From the NCBI GenBank assembly GCA_010909165.1, contig VJWM01000393.1:1-22982 (forward strand): 22,982 bases of DNA, in the 5' to 3' direction. Shown here in pieces: positions 10,413 to 21,634 of this stretch. Origin of the DNA: Anthoceros angustus. Lineage: Eukaryota; Plantae; Anthocerotophyta. Positions within the stretch are counted from its first letter, which is position 1; each line of letters starts with the position of its first letter. The notes below the pieces were generated by a model, which was not told where the DNA came from, did no database searches, and worked only from the letters and a program-made list of their open reading frames with translations. Made by a program: the position numbers and the translations under genes.

Positions 10413-11403
10413 CTAAATTCTAGTATACTTATTTAGACTTTTGTCAAGTAGATCATTTCTAGATGATGAACAAACATGAAAAATTTTGAACACCCCAAAA
10501 TGGAAGTTGGTCCTTCTAGGCTTCATGTCCTCATGGGGTTGACAATTTCATCTTGAAACACAATTCTCCATCCATTGTAAATTATATTGCGAGATAAGGT
10601 AATGTACACAACTCCTATCATCTTTTCCGTCTTTTCGATTTCTTAAGCGTACAAAAATGTAAATATAAAGTCGCCAATTCCAAACACTTCCATTGACTAG
10701 GTGGAACAACGTGCAAATAGGCTTTGTATTGCAAAGTCCTCGTGATTAAACTTTCCCACTTGAGCGCTTGTTGGTTACGCTTGTAGATGGCGATAGAAAA
10801 CTTCTTACCCTTCTTTTACCATCCATACCATAAAAGTGTCCATTGTGGGCAACAAATCCAATTTCCGTACTTCACCATATGGATGTAAATTTAAAGGCTC
10901 AAGAGGGTTTCCACTCATAAAGGTTTGCGACTTGTAATTATCTCATTATCAAATGACACCAGCTCAAATAATACATCATAATTGTCGTCTACAACATGTG
11001 CAATCAAAGTAATATTAATCTCGATAGCACAAACTTTGATTACATGAACATGTCACCTATGTTTCTTTTTGGTTGAATTCTTGAACCGTCCATTGACCTA
11101 TGGCTAAAGAATATACATATAAATGAAACATGTCACGTGAATCATCCAGCTCATGCGCTAGAAATAATAAAAATGATCACTTTCCTCCTCATCAACAACT
11201 AGCACTAGCTTCTCGAGTGGTGGAAGCGGGTCCCAAATATCCGAATCTAAATCTAAATGCGAATATGAATTTCATCCATATATAAGGTGTCGACATACTA
11301 GTTCAACTTTGATATCCCATATCACTCTCGCCTAACCTTTGAAAAGATATTGATAATACAAATCCGCATCACCCAACTATTTGGATCCTTCGATGATTTT
11401 GTT
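10413..11403 (-). pseudogene. F-box-associated domain fragment, copy 2, 5'-truncated (F-box motif absent)
   Basis: Colinear with 3867-4875 of copy 1. The upstream part is replaced by the sequence starting CACTG at 11404. Confidence 0.5.
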
Positions 11404-13097
11404 CACTGCGAGCCGCGACCCCGTCTGCGAATCGTTTGGAAGTGGCTTGCCCTCCGGAATATTGCATGCGATGGAGACCTCACCTCCGACGGTGACTCTT
11501 GAAGCGAGAATTCCACATGGGCGATGGAAATTGGAAGTTGACTGGTGGCAATCACAACATGGGGGTTCCTTTCAAACGCTGGAGTGATCCGGCACCTTCA
11601 TTGCTTGGTCCTTAAGGAATTTCGGTTGGAGGCGGGTGGCAAACTTGACTGCAGCGTGTTGATCAACACTGGATTCCACTCGGGGTTGGAGGCGGTGTGA
11701 ATGGTGTGGAGGGCAAAGGAGCACGACATGTGTACTTCTTGGTGGTCAAGGATAAAATTGGAGAAAGTCATCTTGCTACATGTGTGTACCGAGGCGGTGT
11801 TAGTGCGCTATCTGAAAGCGATTGAACATCGTTGTGTTTGATTGGATTGTCACATGACATCCATTGTCATCTTCGTACACCACATTTTATCTCGTGGGTT
11901 TACAACATACAGTCTTCCCTAGCGGGGAGATTAGGAGCAGTTTGGCGATTGTATTGATACACTCTGCATGCGAATGGGCGCGCGCTTCTTTGAAATCGGT
12001 CCGTTGTTTACGAAATCCATACCTTGCACGTGCGACAGAGCGCCCATGATCTCGCTCATCAAATACGGCGTCAATCGGTGCGAACACATTCTCGAATCGT
12101 CACCACTCCCATGCTTCCTAGCTTGCGTGCTCCACCAGGTGTTCGTTGTCTAGAGTGCTCCGGGGACCTTGCCGCTTTGATGTGTTTGTTGTGTTCATAG
12201 CTTTGCTTGCATGCACGTTCTACCACGAGTGCGAGATACCATGGTATCGGTGCTTAAGACCCACCGGTTCCTCCTACAGAATCCTCGAAACAAACACGTA
12301 GCCTATCCCATGCACGACACACCTCGATGCTGGAGCAAAGTTTTCCAATCCTACATCCCCCACCATCTGGCTGTCAAGCACACCCGGAGGAGGGGGCTCT
12401 TCTGCCTCCTTCACTTGCTGCTCCGCATCCCCAAGGACCATTGAGTTGTCGCCTGCAGCTGCTTCACCACATGCCATATGACCCTTGGTCTCAGGCTTCC
12501 TCGTTGGTCTCTGCTTCAACGACACATATGAACCCCGGGCACCAGCCATGTTGTTCACCATGGGCTCCTTATTGAACGTCTTTCCGCCTCCATAGCCAGG
12601 CTCCTCGCCCACCTCCTCCTCTTCCGTCGGCCAGCTGTCCATGGAATTGATTCGAAGGTCCATGAGCATGGTTGTCGCTGCGCATGGTTGTCGCTGCATG
12701 GTTGTCGCTGCGCATGGTTGTCGCTGCGCGAGAGTTGAGCATGGTTGTCCCTGCATGCACTAACGGGCTGTTCATTGTGGCGAGCGGTGATGGGGACACC
12801 CTGGCAAAATTGGAGGAACCTTTGATAGGGAGATAGCGTGAACGAGGGTTTGAGTTTGGGGAATACTGATTAAGAATGTTTTGTCCGTCACGGACGGTAG
12901 GTGTGAGCCAGTCAATGTCACATGGCATGGGTGGAGGCGGTTACATGTGAACTACACCATATCGGTTTTCAATACTTTATTAGCGAGAAATGTATTCATC
13001 GGCATATACTTTGTACCTTGGGATGTATATTTGAATAATATTATTCCATGTATTTTACATGGATAACCCTAAAACCCTAAGCAGTGAGCCGCTAGTG
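11404..13097 (-). mobile_element. Putative non-autonomous CACTA-like insertion with a degenerate minus-strand ORF
   Basis: Begins CACTGCG exactly at the duplication breakpoint and ends CGCTAGTG (13090-13097), the reverse complement of CACTAGCG (one indel versus the left end). Broken GC-rich minus-strand frames run from ~12930 to 11420. The 3-bp flanks (GTT / ATG) do not match. Confidence 0.35.
12667..12757. repeat. Short tandem repeat CATGGTTGTCGCTG(CG), four units plus one diverged
   Basis: Units start at 12667, 12683, 12697, 12713 and 12740. On the minus strand they encode SDNHA-like repeats, with unit lengths 16/14/16/16. Confidence 0.9.
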
Positions 13098-13460
13098 ATG
13101 CATTGTCCAATTGTGTAACATGACGGTCTACACTTTTCCATATGCCGGTTTGTAAAGGTAGCTTTGGTCGTAATGTATCCCAAAAGTGAGTGATTGAAAT
13201 AAAGCCTAAATAAATGTTCTAGTCACTTGCCATAAATTTATAAGGATCTCTACTTTTTCTCCCAGATGCCTCTTTTGTTTAACCATGAGACATCGAGTGT
13301 GGAAATATTGCCAATAAATTTCAAGTTTTGATGAAGTGGAATGGGTTTGGGTGTATGCGTTGTATTTTTAAGCAGTTTCCCACAAACCCTCAAAATCAAC
13401 GTTAGAGTTTTCTTAAGTGCAAATTTTGATGACATATTTGGCGTCTCGGAAAGTGGAGTG

Positions 13461-13885
13461 TGTCACTAGCCCTAAGGAGACCTTGTTCTTGAGCAGCTAC
13501 ATCCAAAACAAAGCGGCAACCAACCATTCAATTGCGGTAGGAAGCAAGCCCTCCTTAATCTCCAGGCCATAGCCACTTCTCCCTCTACCAGCGTTGTTGG
13601 GTTAGCTTGCAGCCCAGCGAAGAACTCACGGGAAGCAAGACACTCGCCAAGGAAGCGTAATTATGGTACTTTACTTCTCAAAATTTGCCTTATATAGGGC
13701 ATACACATATGGCCTCCTTAGGCCAGCCTCCCTCTTCACACGGCTTCTAGCTACTCAACCTTATATCCGTGACCTTTCAAAAAGGTCTAATTAAAAATAT
13801 TCTTGGGGACCCTCCTAGCCACCAATGGTCTTTTAATAATCCTCATCTACTCCATCCACTTGCAACCATCATGGCCATCTCTTTA
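13461..13885 (-). mobile_element. LTR-like fragment (starts TGTCACTAG on +)
   Basis: TGTCAC terminus, a minus-strand TATA-like element (ccttatataggg, ~13689-13700), non-coding. No partner in the window. Confidence 0.3.
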
Positions 13886-14087
13886 TGTCACGGCGGATTG
13901 AGCAAGCTCCAACCGTGAAGGACATAGTCAATCGTGAGGCTATGATGGTGTGCTATTCTAGGCGGAGAACAAAAGAAGGAAGACACACAGTCTTATGGAC
14001 AATACAATATCAATTAATCAATGAATGAAGTGTTTAAGTACAAAACTTGTAAAGCGTTTCACTTTAGGGCTAGGTTAATAACTTAAC
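13886..14087 (-). mobile_element. 3' end (U5) of an LTR on the minus strand, related to 503-545
   Basis: The minus strand ends ...gctcaatccgccgTGACA. 45-nt inverted match to 503-545. Confidence 0.5.

Positions 14088-14162
<75 letters not shown>
14088..14162. repeat. (TAA)25 microsatellite
   Basis: Perfect 75-nt trinucleotide array, read directly. Confidence 0.99.
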
Positions 14163-14165
<3 letters not shown>

Positions 14166-14641
14166 CCAAGTGGCGGTAGTTCTGGAGGAACCCTACCGTT
14201 CAACATACCCCTTAACCACGACACGGAAAATGCAAGCATCACAAGAGAATGGAGCCCGTTACACTTGGCGATGGCACGTGTGCTAGCGATAGCCATATTC
14301 CTTTTCACTAAATCTTGGCAGCGGAATAGCGAAGGCCGCGAGCGGCAAACAGCAAGCGGTGACACCTCCCCGACGATATACAGCAGAACAAACACTCTGA
14401 TCGGCGGGATGGGAAATCCAGTCGCTACATCGATAGCCATAAACCACTTGTAGTCGAGCAAAGCGGCAAAGAGCTCGGCTAAGAGAGATTCAGCGGTGGC
14501 GGTCGTCTGCCGGATTAATAGCATTAGTTGCGTTTAGATGTGAGGCTTCGCCACACGCCTTTCAAGGTGGCACTGTCCACCCACTAACTCAACTGAATGG
14601 TGATGCAACCCTACTAGAAAAGGGCACCCTATATTTACACT

Positions 14642-14870
14642 TTATGTTAAGATTTGGACCCACGGATGTAACACTCATGTTGCAATTTTGGGGTCATGTA
14701 ACACTATTACTTGTTACACTTTGGCTTGGAAACCATACCACGGCCGTTGTTGCAATCATGTTGCAATGGTGTTGCAATTATGTTAAGATGAAGAGAGGTG
14801 GTTTTGCCTCTCTCAAAATTGCAACATGATTGCAACATCTAAAATGTTACAAGAGGTCTTGTAACACTTT
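14642..14870. repeat. CACTA subterminal repeat field (direct and inverted TGTTGCAAT / TGTAACAC motifs)
   Basis: NTGTTGCAAT at 14677, 14747, 14758, 14769; inverted ATTGCAACAT at 14818 and 14829; several TGTAACAC/GTTACAC motifs; TTATGTTAAGAT at 14642 and 14778. Confidence 0.8.
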
Positions 14871-15249
14871 TGGAGGCTTGGTGCCGAACCTCCTCCCCAT
14901 CCACTATTCCTTTTACTTTTGCCCTTGCAATACCACGTTTTACTTGGTAGTTACCATGTCCTTCAATCGACCATATATAAATACATGCAATACATCCTTA
15001 TACTATACACATGTAGTCTACGATAAATGTAATATATTATTCTAAGTGCTATAAGGCGTATTCAATTTCATATAAAATAAGTTTGTATACTATGTCGTAT
15101 TCCATCATTACCTTTGACATACATATTCATGATGCGGTACTATGTATTTACTATACGTGTAAATAGCGCGCTCTTTCTACCCCTACTTTATAGCATGCGG
15201 CGCGGTTTGTCCTTCCACGTCACCAATAGCCAGCGGCTTCCATATGGCC

Positions 15250-18134
15250 CCTTGTCCCCACCTATCACCTTATTGTGACGCATCACGTGAGGTTATGCCC
15301 CTACAAGATTGTCTTTGTGCGGAGGAGTTTTGGTATGCTCGGCTTATGCTTTTACGCCTCCATGTAAGGCACTTCCTACTCGTCATCGTATGCACCTCGA
15401 AACTTCCGCCCTCGTTCGATTCCCAATTTTCTTCTTCCCTCGCTTGCGTTGGAGGCAAGCTTTGCCACTTCTACCGCTTCCCTCCACGCGCCTGCACACG
15501 TTGCACATACAAACCCGGCATGGCCATCATGAGTTACCAACGTTAATGGGTGTACCAATCACCATACGACCATTTGCCTTACCTTCCTCCGGTCCCTCCT
15601 CGTATCTTACGCCTGCTTGGTGGACATTTCCTCGTCCGTCCTTCTTCCGGTATCGCCGTGCCCTTATCACTCGCCCACCGGCTGCCGCCTCTACTCCTCC
15701 TCCTCTTTTCCTCTTCGCCACCCCTTTATCGCGGTGGCGTTGCCTCAGCGGGCTCCACTATGGTCCATGCTCTCGGCCTGCAAGATATATGTTCGATTAG
15801 GCACATCGTCCTCTTGACTGCCTCTTGGATCGTCCTGTTATCCAGCGTCCCCCGTCCTGTCCCCCTTGCCACGCATCATGCGGCCTTTGCCCATATCAAA
15901 GGCGCACATGATGCCCTCTTGAACCTCCTTCATTCTCTCTCCCCTGGACATCGCCTCATGCTGGTGCGCCTTTTGGCCCGAGCATGGATCTTTCTGGGTG
16001 ATCCACTTCTTGTCGTCCCCGCTCCTCCTACTCCCCTGCGTTTTTGGCATCCACCGTGCACACAAGTGTGTTTCCTCACAGTGACGGATCGTTGCCCCTC
16101 CGTGGTCCACCCGACTCCGCCTCCACACTCATTGTTCCGCCATTCAGCGGCGTCGTCAATCCGATCCCAACGGCCTCCACCCTCCGCAAACATGGCGTCA
16201 CCTTCCGGTCTCGGGCACTCCTCCACCTCTTCTCCATTTGCTTGCTGCCCACGTGGACCCTCGTCACTCCAATCACACCATTCCGGGCATGCGCTTCCAC
16301 CAAACACAGGCGATCGTGGTGTCGGGCACCACAATTTCGTCCATCTTGTCGTTTCCCCCTCTGCTGCCTCCCTCACCTTGCGCCCTCGTCGCGTGGCCCG
16401 TCTCCACTTCACATCTTGTTTCATCGTCGCCTTTCCCCCCAATACGTTGTGCCGCCTCCTCTCCTCCTCCCCCAAGCCCCTTGCCATCCATTCCTTCCTA
16501 GCCTCTCACGTCCACGCCACCACGTGCACCTGCTGCCTCCCACCCCTTCCTTCCGTCGCCTCGGAAGGCCACCATATCGGGATCCATCTCCAATTCAATG
16601 TCATTAAGCAAAATGGTCATTTCCTTGTTCTCCTTGCAATGGCACGAATCTACGGTGTCTTGTCATACACTCCACCTTACCATTGTAGGAACTCGGCAGA
16701 ACCCCACTATCGCGGACCGCCCACAGTGCATGGAAATCCTCTTCAACCTCCCATACTCGCCTCTTCTTCCGTTGGAAACCGCCCATCTTGATTCTCAAAC
16801 CTCACCACCCAGCCCGGCCGCCTTTCCCCATGGGTTTGGACCCATCCCCGTTTTGGCTAGCCTCTCTTTTGCTGCGATTTCATTGATGGCTCAAACTTCC
16901 GTTCCTCTTCAACTCCATCCGAGCCCATGCAAGTGCATCTTCCCACTCTTCGTCATCCACCATGCTCGGTTTCTTCCATGTCCTCCCCTCTACCATTTCC
17001 TCTAGCGCCTGCCCGCGCTTCCACATCGAGTGCGTGTCCGCGTCATGCGAAGTGTCGGCTTATCTTGGACTTGACCACCAGTGCAGGAATGCTTGAACAC
17101 GGATTTCACTAACTGTGCTTTCTCTTCTTGGAGCGTCCGCCATCTTGCGGTACCAGTTCATTCACAACCTTCGTCCTCACGGTACTGATTCTGCGTGCCT
17201 TGCCCGCTCGGCCCGCGAACAACATCGAGTCCCTCCCCCACACTTCATGTGGTTGCATGGCCTCCTTGACCATTTCACCCCATGCTTGTTTATCAAGGCT
17301 TTAACGATTGCATCGTTGTCGCACTCGCGCCCGGGACATCGAGACCTACGTCATCACGCGGTTAGAACACCACCTTGCAAATTGATTGCGCCATTCGAGA
17401 TCAAGTGCACGTTCGTGCGTCCATTGCCTCTGCCGTAGGCCCCTTCCGATTCCCACCCCTTCTTGCAATCGCCACCGCCCGGCCCTCGAAAGGTTGCCTC
17501 CCTTGTCCCCATGCTTAAACACACCGGCCATGCAGTGCTCCTGCCGTTTGTCCACCATGCCCACTCACCCGGCACCAAACTTGAGCGTGTGCACACTTTG
17601 CGGCGTCACTTGCGGCAAAGTGTGCACTTGGTGTGCACACTTTGCCATCACTTGCCGTTAAATCGACTCGCGACAACCAACCTCATCCAAGCGTAAATAG
17701 CTCCTCCTCTATGTCGTTCAATTCTTGCGCAATGCTCCAACTCCGCATCTGGTGGAGGTTCCAGATCTCGGCGTCGTCAAAATCAACTCCTTGACCATCT
17801 CGCCCTCGCCTCTTACCTTGGGTCTTGATGAGGAGGCCGCTTGATATGCGAATGAAGACCCTGGGTGCGGGGATGAGCGACCGCCGAGGCGGTTGCCCCC
17901 ATCCTCCCCACCCGATCGGTCCATCGTCGTCGGCGCTCGGCACGATGGTGTTCGCGGCGCCTTCGTCGCGACTCGGCAAGCCTCGGTGGCCATACTCTCC
18001 ACCTTGAACCGGTTGTCCACCGCGTTCCATCTTTGAAGGCAATGGCTTCCCTCTCGGGTGAAAGGCGCCATGAGTCCGGTATCGCATTCAAGACCATTTT
18101 GAAAAGCTTGTTTTGCAAAGGCCGAGGTGGTCAT
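15250..18134 (-). pseudogene. CACTA ORF2, TnpA-like (Ptta/En/Spm, Transposase_24-like segment at ~16740-17050), frameshifted
   Basis: Minus-strand fragments KKPSMVDDEEWEDALAW, KFEPSMKSQQKRG and VQTHGERRPGWVVRFENQDGRFPTEEE resemble the W..SE.NK.NR..H..G...GR.P motif order of TnpA-type proteins. The position downstream of TnpD in the same orientation fits the usual CACTA layout. Outer boundaries and exons are uncertain. Confidence 0.5.
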
Positions 18135-18439
18135 TTCGCTATCGGCGGGACCAGTAGCTGTGCACTTGCTACTTGCCCATAATCACAACATTTTCGACCA
18201 CAACCTCGGCGTGGAGCAATTTTCATGTCCCATTGGTTACGTTTGCGTTACTCGTGATGTATGATATTGCCCAAATGGCGCGGCGCTCTCAATGCCCCCA
18301 TTACTCCATTTTAACTAATCATCGACTTCCTCGACCATTCCCACACGTCACTTGGGTATTGGCACATTCCCATTGGATCTTGTTTGTTTGGAAATACTTT
18401 AATGCCCACTTGGCATCTTGGTTTTGTCAGTTCACTCAA

Positions 18440-21400
18440 GCGACATGCCACAATCTATGTGCAGCATGGGTTCCTCCTCTCCATCCCTCGCCGAGTAGGC
18501 ACGGCCAAGGCCCACCCTGTTTCCATCCGTCTCGGATGCATCATGCGAGTTACTGCGATGGCCACACAAATGGACCATCGATGGAGTGCACCTACCGGAA
18601 ACCTTCTCAGTATTCACAAGGTCAAACCCGGTGTACGACTTCCGCAGCGATGGCCTTGTCCCTCCTGGCCGACACTCGTACCATCCAACCTTCAAGGATT
18701 ATACTCCTCAGGCATCCATGATGTTGCTCTATGTGGCCGTAGAAGGCGCTCCTCTTGAGCTCCCAGCCCTGTCCCACCCATGATAAACTTTACTTTCTAT
18801 CTTTTGTGCTCCGCGCGTTTGTGCCTCCTACGAGGTGGCTGCCTTTGTTCCACATGTGACTATGTGCCTGCTTGCAACGCGGGGCCATCCATTATAGCCC
18901 TCACTTCGTGGGTCATAGCAGGATGCCTCCCAAGCGCTCACCGCCCTTCTTGTGCACCCACCTCTTGAAACTTCGTCGTTCCTCATGTGCAGTACATCCT
19001 CACCTCTTTGTACATGTCCAAATGCATCACCTTCGTGTGATCTGACATAAGTATGGGCTGGCGCACCTCAGCATCCATTGTATACGACCGACACACAGCT
19101 TTTCTCCCACACGGTCCTCGGGACTCCATGATCCCACGTGACCATAGTAACGGGAGGAATGACATGCCGAAATGCATACTCTCCTCTCTCATATACCCCA
19201 CGGCTATCTTGGACTCTCTGGTTTTGTGCCTTCACTTTGGATCCTAAGTATCTCTCCAGGTACATCCACACAGTGTGCAATGCGACCACCTCGTCCACTA
19301 AATGTATTATGAGGTGGGTTGATATATCAAAGACCTTTGGAGGAATTGCTTTTCCGAGCACATCACCCGCTGACCTCTTCTCGTTGTGCTTGAATTTCAT
19401 GGCCCGGTATTGTCCGTGGCAAATCCATCCATCTCTGATCGACCCAATTTTCACAACCGCCTTGTACACCTCTGGGTCTATGCACCCGAACGATGGGAAG
19501 ATGATTTCCAGCATGATGTGCATCATGGCACTTCAATGCCACTTTGCCCCTCTAATTTCGCCTATGTTAGACCCATAGCGTGGGCAGCTTTATGCGTTTA
19601 ATTCTCTCTATGACTTGGGTCGTCTTTCGCCAAAGCGTAAGAGGCGCCTCGGGGCAATGGCTCCTCGCCACAACCACCTTTTCCCTCCATTGGCTTCCAT
19701 GTCCATCCTTGATGCTAGGTCGTCTCCTCTCCCGTCAAAGTGTGCCATATGGCCTCTGCATTGTTCTTTTCCACGTGCATGACATCCTTTGGCGCCATCA
19801 CAAGAAGGTGGCCAATATGGGAGCACCCTAAGCGAAGACATCCGCGTTCCAAAATTTCCTCAGGATCTCGTGGTGGCGCACCTTCTCTGCGTACCATATC
19901 ATCACCACATCATCAAGCGTTGGTGGCACGGTGGGGGCGGAGTTCCGTCCATCGTGCATCCATGTCTTCCCACCGTCGCTATCGCCTTGAACCACCTCTG
20001 TTGCCAACATAAACCTGCTTTTTTAACTGATGAGAATAGCGGGAATCCAGGTCCAGCCAGCAATCCACACACGCCGGGTCCCTTTCACTTGCAATCCAGT
20101 CAGGGTGCCCAACCCTGGGTAGTCGGCAATGACGTTCAGCACCGCCGCTCGCACCCTAAAATGCCTCCTAGGATCGTTCACCGGTATTGAAAAGTCTTCC
20201 ATGTCCACCCCTCTCCACAGCTCTTCCAGTTCTTCTACCAGGGGCGCCATATAAACATCAAAATTTTTACCATGCGGTCTGGTACAATGAGAGGCATGAT
20301 GACATGGGCGTCCTTTGTGCAAGGGAGGCATGTTGTGAGCGAATAGCATAACGGCCATATGGACGTGTTGACGGACACCAAAGGGGTTGAAGCCGTCGTG
20401 CATAATGCCAACCTCAAGTTGCGAGGTTCATCCCGAACCCTTCAAGCGCATCAAATACTCTCCATGTTGGGGTATGCCCATCATGGACATGTCCCCATTC
20501 TCGCTTTGCCTCCCGTACCAAGTCATCATCATGCTATTTTGGCATTCGAACATGCGTTTCAATCGCGTCTTGAGGAAATGCGGAGGACCTTAGGAAACGA
20601 CATCTCGCTCATCAAACCCTTCCTTGTACGCGTGCCACGCGAGGGCAATGGACGCTGCCGCGTACTCACCACGAATAGAATACAATCTTTTCACAAGCAT
20701 GGATTTTCACGTATCTTGGCCCAAACATGTACAATGACTTTGCCTCGTACATGTCCTTGACTTGGGCGGCAAAATATCCACACTTAAGAGCTTTAAAAGT
20801 GCGTCACGGCGGCGTCACGATGTCATACATCGTTTGCCACGCAGCAACAATGTTGCGCTTAGCACCTTTCTTTCGATTGGACTTCCTCTTCAATGTGGTA
20901 TAACGGCGGTTGCGGACTCCATCCCACGCATCGCAACATCCGTGGCTTCCCCTCGTCCACTGTACGCCGGGCATATCATCACCTCCGAACCCTCATCCAT
21001 ACTTTCGTCGTCGGAACTACTAGTGGTCGGTAGGATGGCCACCGCTCGTTCCCCGCCGGACCCATCGAGCCGTATCCGAATCCGTCGGGGTGCGGAGGCC
21101 GTCAAAACGGCCGCTCTTCTATGCCACTCGTGTCTCGACGCAAAAGCCACCTTAAAGCTAGAATTGGAGTGCATTTGCTGGCCATTGATGCGAGAACTCA
21201 CGGCCAGCAGGCGGGTGGCGCGAGGGTGAATTCTTGAAATGTGTCTTGGGAATACGAACTGCGAGCTCGCGACCTGATGGCGGGGACAATACATGTACAT
21301 ACGCATTTGTGGCATCCTCCCGGTCGTGATCGTGAGCCACGGCAACCACAGCCACGGCAAAGGTGGTACATCCGTTGTCGACGCCCCGTCCCCACGGGTG

Positions 21401-21470
21401 CTATCAGCGGCTTCATGACCCATAAACACAGACGACACGTAGGACTGGAGCGATGCTTGCGACCATGGGC
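18440..21470 (-). pseudogene. TnpD: CACTA TnpD / tnp2-family transposase, frameshifted
   Basis: All four expected domains in order: transposase-associated domain (YMYCP...HEWH, ~21330-21110); Transposase_21 (YVKIHAC..DCILF, EPRNLRLAL.TDGFNPFG, NFDVYMAPLVEELEELWRGV, FRVRAAVLNVIADYPGLGTLTG, ~20760-20060); DUF4218 (PPKVFDISTHLIIHLVDEV..WMYLERYL, ~19500-19150); DUF4216 (AFYGHIEQ, KVGWYE, GFDLVN, GPFVWPSQ, ~18750-18540). Confidence 0.93.
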
Positions 21471-21634
21471 CCAGGCACAAGCCGCGTCACTGCGCGGGTA
21501 GGCCAAAATGTCGCACTCTGGCCGGTTTTAGGCTTGTTTGTTTTGGGTGCATCTTGTTAAGGGATAGGGAGGTTAGCCAATAAAGTGGTTTTGGCGGTTA
21601 GAGTGCAATCCTAACCCGGTCCGTTGGGCGCGAG

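Larger units (their letters stand above)
7009..11403 (+). repeat. Copy 2 of the ~4.3-kb direct segmental duplication
   Basis: Same alignment as copy 1. Identity stops after ...gatgattttgtt (11403), where CACTGCG begins. Confidence 0.97.

Noticed and set aside
13065-14069. Telomere-like motifs (AACCCTAAAACCCTAA at 13065; TTTAGGG at 14063)
   Set aside because: Only one or two units each, not an interstitial telomeric array.
14087-14524. 145-aa ORF ending in poly-Tyr
   Set aside because: The poly-Tyr is the (TAA)25 array read on the minus strand. No domain is recognisable, and an AIDV match to RLE-type endonucleases is too short to support.
15550-16791. 413-aa plus-strand ORF, the longest in the track
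   Set aside because: Low-complexity L/P/S/H-rich translation typical of the antisense shadow of a purine-rich minus-strand gene. The recognisable TnpA-like motifs are on the minus strand.
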